From contig JAQGDQ010000871.1 in assembly GCA_030141605.1 (NCBI GenBank), forward strand, positions 22,412 to 86,411: a DNA stretch of 64,000 nt, written 5' to 3'. Under the pieces are notes generated by a model. It was given only the letters and a program-made list of their open reading frames with translations, did not search any database and had not been told where the DNA came from. Position numbers and translations under genes: made by a program. Positions 54,201-64,000 of the stretch are shown here, in pieces. Source of the DNA: Tubiluchus corallicola. Lineage: Eukaryota > Animalia > Priapulida. How positions within the stretch are numbered: position 1 is the stretch's first letter; the number at the start of each line of letters is the position of its first letter.

Positions 54201-57200
54201 GTGAAAGCTAGGTGTTGATGACAAAAAGTTGTTAATAAGTTTGTCTCATAGACGTATCATTGATAAAGATTTCTAAAATGCTTAACAATGTAGTTTAAGA
54301 ATGCAAACAATTTTAGACTGTGGTAAGTATTAAAGAAATTAGAAAAAGTGGGTATGCAAAACAGCGATGTACAAGATAATAATATTTCTCTGCAGTTTTG
54401 ACTAGTATGCCTGCTGATGGTCCGTATTTTCAGGACATTTCTCTGTTAGCATCACTGATATGAACAATGCACATATTATGGCAAACAAATAACAAATTGG
54501 CAAAAATAGCGCCCAGTGTAACTGAGTCTATCACATCAGATAAGAATTTTGCAAGCATAAAGATGGGGAAAATGAAAACCAAAGGTGGGTGATATTAGAT
54601 CAATCAGACACTCTTGTTTTCTGCACACTCACATCATATTTGATACACGTGTGGAAACATTGTATCGTATTTGATGCAGCAGAAATTAAATCCGTGACGT
54701 AATGTACCTATAAGTAACTTTTTTGAAAGACGTAATTCCAGAAATTTCGCACATTTTTGAACGCTAAAAATAGTACTAATAAGGTTTTTTGACTTTAAAA
54801 AGCAGGCATTAAAGGGTTTCGAATGTCAAGTTTGCAAGTAAAAGTGTTGGTATTCTGCGCCTAAAACAGGAAGCTGAAAGTTTCCTCGAAAATATCTTAA
54901 ACGGATTTTAAGCTACTATGTATCTTTGCAATTAAACATTGAAACGCATTCGAAAAAATGCATTTACGTACAAGTGCATTATAGGTAAAAAATCAAGTGA
55001 TGCTATGTAAGTGCCCTGAAATAGATGTGGACTAGAATCAGATCAGTGACAAATTATCGTTTGTCTACCAAAAGCAACTGTTTCAAATTATTGTTACTAC
55101 ATGTCATCATCTGGCATTTTTTTCAGGTGTCTGAATGAACCACTGACACATTGTCAAGGCCTCGGTGAAGGGGGGGGGGCGCAGTGGTGCCTCATTAGGT
55201 TACTGTGGTGCCTACTGCATATTCGACGATTTCTTAAGTAAAAGTATATAAGAAAGAGAAGAGACACGTGGCGTAATGACACGTATTAGCGAATGCCGTA
55301 TATATATTAAGCGATCAGTGCTTGGTGTGCTACAAGTTGATGCTTCATGTCGCGCCAAACATATTTGCCCATTTTTTAATCATTATAATGATAAATGCTG
55401 CAAGATGTGTAAATATATGTCACTCACAACACGTTTTGACTCCGTTTCCTGTGTATCCGTTTTTGCAAGAACAGGTGAAACTCCCTTTAGTGTCTTTACA
55501 AACTGCATCGCGATGGCAGTTATCAGAACCATGAGAACATTCATTTATATTATCTGAAAAAAGAAACACTTACCAGTACGATATGTAAAAGCTTGTCATA
55601 AATCCGTTTTTCCCGGTAAACTTCAAACTTATTTTCAAGTAAGACTTAGTTTTATTAAAAATAGCCACACAAATTTGCATTTATATGAGTTTAGCTAAGG
55701 ATAGGATCGATGTGGCTACTGACTAATTATGATTATTGTAGAAATTTTGCTAGTAGCTTGGTACTTTACACGGAGAAACTTTTTACATTTTAGGCCTACG
55801 TATTAGACAAATTTCTCGACTTGTTTTCAATACTGATTGACAATAAAGTCCGGGCTTTATTGCTCACTGCCTGTATGAAAAACCTCTCTTATGAACGTAG
55901 AGGAAAATATTTCAGACTTATCTTAGGCAGCGGGATATTAGGATAGGTGAAATATCAATGTAAAAACACAAGTACAAAGCAAGTACTTCTTATTGTACGG
56001 CGTAAGTAGCTCTCACGCACACCCTCAGACACACACAAACGCACACACACACATTAAATAATCCAAATATACTTTACATTATATCACATATATTACACAT
56101 ATTAAATTAGATTTCGCTTCTAAAATTGTTTTTATATCTAAAATCACAAATTACATTACATGATCAAACTACATCTAAAATTACATATCATACTGAATGG
56201 TTATCACAATATTTTTAAAATAGTTCACTGATGCACTCATAGCTATTAGCAGCTGCCAATTTAAACCTTTTTTAACATACTAATAGTTTTACTTTCTTAG
56301 ATTTCTTTACCAAGGTCATTCCATAGCTTAATACCAAAAACAGTTACACCAGGTGTGTGCAAAATTGACTAGTCGGGCCACATTAAACTTTCCCCCAATT
56401 GCTGCGGGCCGCATACAGTTTGGTCAAGCAGCCAAGTACAGTAGGACCTAATAACGATTTTTTTGCATCCGATTTGCGCACATCATTACTACTGCACTAC
56501 TACACTCAAGAAACTATTTTAGAAGTTATTAAAATTTATATTAAAAACCGTATATTTCTACTTTCACGACAGATAGTGGTAATTTCATTACAATGCATAT
56601 TAGTAATGAGTATCACACAGTCTGTGGAGTACAGTGCATATTAATGTTTTGACTCGCTGTTCTTCTTCAATCTTCGTCTTTTTCTTATCCATGATTCTGA
56701 TCTATAAGAACACTACATCTGATGAAACGATGAAACAGCCACTGATTGAGGCGTGTACTACTGAGCCTAAGCTGAAACTAAAATCTGGGAATCCCGCTAT
56801 ATCAGGGGTGACCACACTTTTTCAGCTTGCTGGCTACTTACAAACTGGTCTGCCCAGTTGTCTTCTTGGTCATAGCAGGTAGATCATTTTGACTTGGTTA
56901 TTTTATAGTTTTATTTATAATTTATTTATTTATAATTTTTTTTGTAAAATACCCAAGTCAAAATGTTCTACGTGCTATGACGAAGAAGACGGCTGGACAG
57001 ACAGGCCCGATAATAGAAGCCTAGAGATTGGCTAATTGATCTTCCTACCAGCCAATCAGATTGCTTCTCGCATTTCTTGCACATTTGAGCATTTGAATGG
57101 CGGCTTCCTTGATAGATTGCTGTGTTCTGCGATTACATCGCTTTTTTGTGTTCCAAGTGAGTTTCGTCATGTCCGACAGTGACAACAGTCTTGTAAGGGT

Positions 57201-60200
57201 TAATGCCATCCGATCTAGAGGAAAAAACTACCCGCACTATCTTTGCGATAGTGGCGCAAACTTCAGCTGGTTCGCGTGGGCCGCACTTTCATTACGTTGA
57301 CAAACCTCTTCGCGGGCCGCACAAGATCTCTCGGCGGGCCGCAGTTTGCACACTCCTGAGTTACACACATCGATTTCTTTCTTGTCACGTCACAATTTGA
57401 ACTCGATTGGCCAGTTTCAGCGGGAATTTATTTATAAGAAATCAGACGAGATCTTTTCAGATGCACGAAAATTATATTAGCCGTGCTGGAAAGATTTACC
57501 TCCTAGTATTTTAAACAGAACCACGCTATTATCTTCTTATCTTAGTCACGGCTCACCAGTTATTGTCTTTTATTCTTTTATCATGTAATATTAGTCTCTC
57601 TAATTAATATTGATTCTTATCTCTTGCATGTGATCGTATAACACGTGACCTAAGACTTAAAGAGTGATTTGCATCTATTACACTAATTGCTATAAGGTTC
57701 TTCACAACCCGGCTACTAGAGCTTAAGATAAAGTCTATAGAGCAATGATTTCTTCTCACAAGATTGTTTCTACGACTCCGCGCTGTGAAAAGAGTCTTAA
57801 TCTCTAAAGCTTACTAGCAAAAGTTCCCGCAATTGAACTCGTAAATTACTTAATGTACACAGCAAATCTTCAGATTCGTTTACAGAATTTAGTGTTGCTT
57901 AACTGAAACACCTATAAGCATACTCAAACTATTCCTTTAAGTTAAAGCGAAATCCGTTTATTGTTTACAACAATTACTCTTAGTCAACTAATATTACAAT
58001 GTTTGATCTTAATCGCCAAAGACGCTCACAATTTATAATTAGCTCCAAGAGACACTAATCAGATTCACTTAACTATTTCCTCGCTTCGCACTTAAGGTGC
58101 TAATTACAATGTGAAACATATAATTACAATCAACTACACGTTACACTTAAGGTGTCTATTACTGTGATTAACTACTATGCAGAGTTGCTCTCAAGTTACG
58201 ATAGGTTAAGTTCACTTAACTTGGTGGAATGACCAATGACAACTGTTCAATTGGTCAAATCCGATTCCGCTGCAAGACTCTATTCGCAGATCCAGTGCTC
58301 AATTCGTTGAGGACGCAGATAGTTGTCTACGCTGGGTCTAACGTGTCTTTGCTTCTCTCAGAATTCCTGTAGCCTCTCCAGACTTGATCTCCTCTCTCCC
58401 GGACTGATTCACTGACGACTAACAACCGATTAACCACGTCTCCCGCAACCGATTAACAATGTCTCCCGCAACCAATTAACCACGTGCTCTTCCAAAACAC
58501 CATCTTATATACTCTAATGGAGTCTTCGTAATATTGCGCGCGAACGCGCAAGGTGGTGCAATAGTTCAAAAGGTTCCGTTGTGGCTTGGTGGTTTATGAC
58601 CAGCCAGATGGTCAGGTAACGTAGTTTCTTACATGGGAAAAACACCGCTACTCGACTTGTCCTTTGCATCAACATCCAAGAGCTTGTTCCTTGCGTCGCT
58701 TGGGCCATAAACTTCCGTTCAAGAAAAGAGCTACTTTCTGCTCCTTCACAATTGTAGTTCAGCAACTCGCATAATATTACATGAGGGTTATTATCTAACA
58801 CACGCAATGTTATAAAAATCAGCTTCGCTTCTCCTAAACTCAAACACCTGTGACAAACTTTTACTCTCTAAATGAACACCACTTGTAAACACAAACTCTT
58901 GTGACGATAATTTCTTGCCTTACATTAAATATATGCTTTATCAGCTAAGTGAGTTCCCATATTCTTTTAATAAATTTATCTAATCCAATTAGGAGGTCTC
59001 TTTATCAACATAATCTAATGAAGTTGATAACTCCATTAATTAATCACTTAATTCATGATTCCGAAATTTATTCATAACAACGCATAGGACTACTTACATC
59101 TAGCTATTGAATATCTTCCATTTCCACTTGCAGGACTTCTAGGAGAGCCTGCACTCTGCGTTTTCGGCAAAGACACTTGCAATGAATAATTTAGTTTTCA
59201 ATAAATTCTAAAAATTTGTAACAGGACCGGAAGTAACACTTAGAGACACGCTCATAGGCGTACGGGAGGGAGTTTCACAAGGGGGGGGGGGGGTATACGG
59301 AATTCGCTCTGAAAATTTTCCAAGTTGCCCTAGTGTGAGTGATTTCAAAATAAGTGCAAGCAGCAGGTTACATAATTATTTAGTTTACAGACTTGCAAAA
59401 GTGTCTAAACAACAAAAATTAAGATTTGTGCATATAGTTCCCTACGTTTGTGCCTATTTTGTATTTTTACGTATTTTTTATTCTATATCAAATCACAGAA
59501 ATCAAATTATTGTCACAAATCAAGAACTAACGAATAGAGAAAAACAAATGACTAATGACACCATTCTCATTGAGAAACCAACGTGAACCGTACCTCCTTT
59601 CATTTCTGGCAGCAATTAACGGATACTGAAAATTTTTGTAACTCTCCACTCAAAATTAAATTATCTTTATAATAGTTTTATCAGCTTTTATCTATCTTTT
59701 AGTTTCTTCTGCACGTGGAGGGCAATCATCTCCTGACACCTAGTAGCAATTGCATTAGTAATAGTACATAAACGCAAGAAGTCCAAATTATAATAACCAT
59801 TACTAAAAAAAATCACGGGTCTAACAAGACGTAAGCCAAACATTTCCACCGAACAAACACTTTCAGAGAGACTTTTTCTAACTTTTCAGAAATTCAAAAG
59901 AAATAATAGTGACGATCTATATTTTCCTTTTGCTAAAACGTCTATAACTTTATCAATACATTGAGAAGCAACTACTTACCCCCAAAATGTAAAGTGGACT
60001 TATGAGATTTAGTGAATTAAAATTGATAGTAGCTACTATTATAACTTTACAATTATTTAGGCCTACAAGAAATGCTTTAATTGCAGCCAGTGAAAAGAGG
60101 TAATGCACTACATAACCAATTTTTGCATATTGAAAACTTAAATTTTGAAATTTTCAAGCCGAATTATTTGCCCTGAAATGTGCTATTCATTTGCCCTAAG

Positions 60201-60619
60201 AGGACAATCTCCCGCCCACCCCAACCCCCTGACTCCCCGCCTCATGCGCATATGGGTCACTTTCTTGACTTACGTCATGACTGACAATATCGTTTTTTTT
60301 ATTGTAGCATGTTTGGGAAACATAAATCATTCAGTTTTCTTAGTCCAATAAATAGATAAATTAATTAGTTATTTTTCTTGCACTAAAATACATTATTGAT
60401 GTAGTGGCGTTTGCTTACCGCATGTCATGTAATAATCGTCTTCAGCACTGTATCCTGCTTTACACTGGCATAGACCACCAGTTTCATAGTTACACACTGA
60501 ATTTTCAGGGCAGGTGTAATGACATTCATCTCCATAGCTATACGAATACGATTGCAATGGTGAACCCGCACTGGCATACGCGCCGGCACTCGCACTGGCA
60601 TACGCGCCGCTAACTTCAC
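48280..60619 (-). CDS. EGF/calcium-binding EGF repeat + C-terminal PAN/apple domain protein (5' end not in view); exons 60619-60419, 55553-55428, 54176-54051, 51642-51520, 51097-51002, 48527-48280
   Basis: Symmetric phase 1-1 exons with strong splice sites translate as CHYTCPENSVCNYETGGLCQCKAGY; NINECSHGSDNCHRDAVCKDTKGSFTCSCKNGYTGNGVKTC; NINECNDNSNNCHKMASCTDTVGSFKCVCDTGYTGDGVNVC; NRNECNMTINSCNEHASCTDTDGSFTCECKEGYSGDGVQC; a G/N-rich linker; and CQAECSRDENCKAFSFNHLTKECEI...WKLYGKK*. Confidence 0.85.
50271..50587. repeat. 28-bp tandem array (11 units) with a palindromic core
   Basis: Consensus CACTTACTAGGAGTCTCCTAACAGGAAT. Confidence 0.95.
50588..50700 (-). pseudogene. Degenerate duplicate of the cbEGF exon at 51520-51642
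   Basis: Reads NCDEQASSTDADGSFTCEYNEGYAEDGVQC|gtaagtg. Two cysteines are lost and the 5' part and acceptor are disrupted. Confidence 0.75.
52210..53485. repeat. 44-bp monomer / 88-bp dimer higher-order tandem array
   Basis: Alternating CAAAGAATGAACAGTCATTGAGCAGTTTCTGTGCAAGCACTGGG and CAAAGACTGAACAACCATTGATCAGCTTCTGTGCAAATCTTAGG; diverged monomers extend left to ~51955. Confidence 0.96.
56350..57358. mobile_element. hAT (Charlie/SPIN-like) non-autonomous element
   Basis: TIRs CAGGTGTGTGCAAA / rc CAGGAGTGTGCAAA, subterminal GCGGGCCGCA repeats, exact 8-bp TSD AGTTACAC. Confidence 0.9.
57629..59078 (-). mobile_element. Possible solo LTR
   Basis: TGT...ACA boundaries, reverse-strand TATA-like motif near 58505 and short internal tandem repeats (58424-58485); the TSD matches only partly. 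Confidence 0.3.
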
Positions 60620-61254
60620 CTGAAAAAAAAGCATCACGATAAATTGTGTTTTGCGTAAACTTAAATGCTTCAATTAAGTTATATTTTTGCGAATTCTTTT
60701 ACAGTATCATTCTCTTTCGATTTTAATGTACAAGCACTGTGGGCAGCATAGTGATTGTAGAGTGAAGTGCATAGATTGTGAAAGTCATGTTTGAGGTTGT
60801 GGATGAATCACTTTGTAGAAAAAGAATAAACAACTATACTACATATTTGCACCAAACTGAAAAGCGTTTATTCGACTACATACACATATGTAGAATGACT
60901 GCTACACTGAACACTGAGAACAAGAGTGTCCTGCACTGATCACTGAGAGTTAGACAGTAACATGATTAGCACGACTGCTGCACTGCACTGAGAGTGAGAC
61001 AGTGACTAGAAAGTAAATCCAGTCAGTATATATAGGTATAGGTAATTATGCAAACTTGGCTTCACAAAAACCATTACTTTAAAATAGGGAGAGATCCAGT
61101 GAATATGCATATTCACTGGACCGTACAATTATACTAGGGGTGAGTTTAGCTAGTAAAATATAAAAGGATTAGTGAATAGATGGCAGCACCTAAAAATATA
61201 CAGTTACAATTTCCACATAGATCATGCATTTAGTTTCAATTAAGAAATGTGCAA

Positions 61255-64000
61255 AGTAGTAGAGATGTTACACCTCTGGCCGATAAAAAGTGCGAAAATC
61301 TGGGAACACCCATAAAAAAGTGAAGTGGCTCTATTGTCGTGCTAGTTAAGTGACCAATTTAAGGATTAGGAGTGATGGTTGGCCGACGGGCCACGCCCCC
61401 CTCGGCTGCCGGGGGGTGGGATGAAAAATCACCCCCTAAAAAAAGTGAAGTGGGTCTATTGTTGCGCTAGTTAAGTGCCCGATTTAAGGATTAGGAGTGA
61501 CGGTTGGGACTCCCGCACGCTTTGGGGGGGGTGCGCCCGGCGAGAACACCCCCCTCTGCGGTAAATGCAGTCGTCCATTCGACACGCGCTCGCGCACTTT
61601 GCTCCACCCTAATTGTGCCTAATCCGGTAATCGACTCTCGCCGCCTAGCTGGCCGCTAGCTAGATAATGGGGTAATTGACTTGCGCGCGCGCGTGGCTAC
61701 GCTAAAAGATTTCTCTACCCACGTGCAGCAGTGCACAGTCTCGTCGTCGTCGTTAAATGGTTAGGATGTTCTTTTATGCGAGTCTAAATTGCCATGCAAT
61801 TTTTTAAAATTTTACCCCACCCTCATCCGGGTTAGAATGTTCTTTTATGCGCGTCTAAGTTGCGATACAATTTTTAAAAATTTTATCCTACCTTTATCCG
61901 AGATGGATGGATGGATGCCGTCGCCGAAAAGCCTCCTTCGCTCCATCCAATGCGGTCGCATCGTGCAACATACAGTCTACTCACACGCGCACACACCACC
62001 GAGCACGATTGTTAGCACGGGCCGACCATTAGCGCGAACGTTACCACGTGTAACATACAGTCTACTCACACGTCGCCGAGCATGATTAATTTCTGGGTTT
62101 CTTTATTTTTTGTCAACTGTATCCAACGATGATGTCGACGACGATGATGACGCGGTATTACCTAAAGCAGAGTCTGATCTTTGGTCGTCATCCACTTTTT
62201 TATCCGACAGAACAATAATAACTAATGTTAGTTAAAATTATCTTTTCATTTTGTAAAATCTTTCTATCTGTACTAACTCGCATGTTTAAACCCGCAACGA
62301 ATGCACTCATCTGATCAGGCGCCAAGGCAGGCACGTGTCTATTTTGTAAAATCTTTCTATCTGTACTAACTCGCATGTTTAAACCCGCAACGAATGCACT
62401 CATCTGATCAGACGCCAAGGCAGGCACGTGTCTATTGCTTAATCCGGTAATTGACTCGACTACCTAGCTAATGAGGGCTTAATCCGTTAATTGACTTGCG
62501 AGACATGACACCCGCGGCTATTTAAGTGCGTGTACCTGTTTTTTAAAAAAGCCCGTTGGAATGTACAGCAAGCAGACAGTAGGACAGCTGCCGTCTAGAT
62601 AAAATTGAATGCCCGCAGCCTTCTAGTCTGCACGCATTTCAGCGAGTCAGTATTTTTTAGGTGAGGATATATATATATAATCCCAAAAACTCACAAGTTG
62701 CATTAGCCACATTTTTATTGAAAGATTTCTTTTTTGACAATAGGGTATTTAAAATTTTACTTTTATCTAGACTAGATGTACAAAGAGAAAAAAACTGAGG
62801 CGCTTTACTATTAGACTAAAATTGCCAGAGACTGAAGTGTATTTACTTTTTAAAATATTCATTTATCTTTATCCTGATGGGGTGTACCTTTCCTCGGGTT
62901 GACAAAAAACGATGTTGGGTGGGGGACCCGTGCTCGTTGATGACGCCGCTGTTGTTGTTGTTGTTGCTGTCGATGTTGTTGATGTTAGCGGTGGTGACAT
63001 ATTGCTAGCAGACGCGACCCGAATGTTGACATTGTGGTGCTGTAATCTCGACGGTGGTGGTGGCGGCGTCGGTGGCGCTGTTTTAGGTACAGCTGCTGTT
63101 CTAGTCATCATTCTAGCAGTGATGATTGGAAGGTGATGCAATCTTGGGGGTGGCAGCACTGCTGCTGCTGCTGCTGCTGGTGGTGCTGTCGCAGACGTCT
63201 TGGTGCTAGGTAATACCTGGTCCTCGTCTTTGTTCCTCGTCATCGTCATCCTCGTTGTCAAAACCGTCATTGTCATCTCCATCATCATCATCATTATCCT
63301 CTTCCATCATCGCGTCGACGTCGAATTGATCGAGATTGTCGTCGTCATCGTCGTCGTCGTCGTCATCGCTTAAACCCTCGTTGCAATTAGCATTGAGTAT
63401 GCTAGCACCAGCAGCAGCAGCGCCAGTGGCAGCGCTACAGCTGGCGTCAACCTCGTCGGCAAACTCGATGGGACGTCTGCAAGAGCCCGACGTCTGATGA
63501 GAACCGGCTGCTAATTGATCTTGATCGAATCTTAAAGCGTCACACTCTTCCCTACTGCGTTTGCAGCTACATTGGGCAGCAGCAGCAGCGCCAGTGGCAG
63601 CGCTACAGCTGGCGTCAACCTCGTCGGCAAACTCGATGGGACGTCTGCAAGAGCCCAACGTCTGATGAGAACCGGCTGCTAATTGATCTTGATCGAATCT
63701 TAAAGCGTCACACTCTTCCCTACTGCGTTTGCAGCTACATTGGGATTTAATATAGTTTCTGACGCGCTCGCCCATGAGTAGTCTAAATTGCAATGGTTCG
63801 AGGTATGTGTGGAAACCGTCACACGCAAATCCGCCGGGAGCATTAAATTCGTATATGAATACAATGCCATTCCAGATGGCTACCTTCATCGATAGACTAA
63901 TGTCGAAAAATGTACACCTGCCACTTGCCTCGAGCTCATCAAGGGTGCGGTGACGTAGCGTGTTGGATAAGATGGCGCTACCTATCATGCGCATCTGTCC
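61255..64000. mobile_element. Probable terminus of a Maverick/Polinton-like element (continues beyond the window)
   Basis: Begins AGTAGTAGAG, shifts abruptly to GC/CpG-rich sequence, carries duplicated blocks in the terminal region and then intronless orphan ORFs. No pPolB, integrase or capsid gene is visible here. Confidence 0.55.
63206..63994 (-). CDS. Orphan acidic protein with a 56-aa tandem duplication, inside the putative Polinton
   Basis: Intronless ORF of about 260 aa (may begin beyond the window edge), in-frame 168-bp duplication, poly-Asp tail. Confidence 0.5.
   Translation of the reverse strand: MRMIGSAILSNTLRHRTLDELEASGRCTFFDISLSMKVAIWNGIVFIYEFNAPGGFACDGFHTYLEPLQFRLLMGERVRNYIKSQCSCKRSREECDALRFDQDQLAAGSHQTLGSCRRPIEFADEVDASCSAATGAAAAAQCSCKRSREECDALRFDQDQLAAGSHQTSGSCRRPIEFADEVDASCSAATGAAAAGASILNANCNEGLSDDDDDDDDDDNLDQFDVDAMMEEDNDDDDGDDNDGFDNEDDDDEEQRRGPGIT

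Noticed and set aside
59253-60254. Fourth hAT MITE (CATAGGCGTA...TGCGCATATG)
   Set aside because: The TIRs are degenerate and the flanking 8-mers do not match, so the boundaries are unsupported.

Overview
AT-rich, intron-containing animal (invertebrate) genomic DNA with no prokaryotic features. Reading across GT-AG introns gives six host genes: a single-exon class A peptide-type GPCR (-); a 4-exon SLC16/MCT transporter (-); three consecutive glycan-related genes on + (GT31 beta-1,3-galactosyltransferase-like, STELLO/DUF288-like glycosyltransferase, 7-exon arylsulfatase); and an EGF/cbEGF + PAN-apple domain gene (-) that the ORF track largely misses. The window also holds a truncated arylsulfatase pseudogene, a decayed and apparently intron-containing piggyBac transposase, three hAT-type MITEs with exact 8-bp TSDs, LINE/SINE remnants and three tandem arrays (two 28-bp, one 44/88-bp higher-order). 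The last ~2.7 kb begins with AGTAGT, turns GC-rich, and carries internal repeats plus an acidic orphan ORF. This is consistent with the end of a Maverick/Polinton-like element, but its hallmark genes are not in the window. All family calls come from motif recognition by eye; no database search was run.
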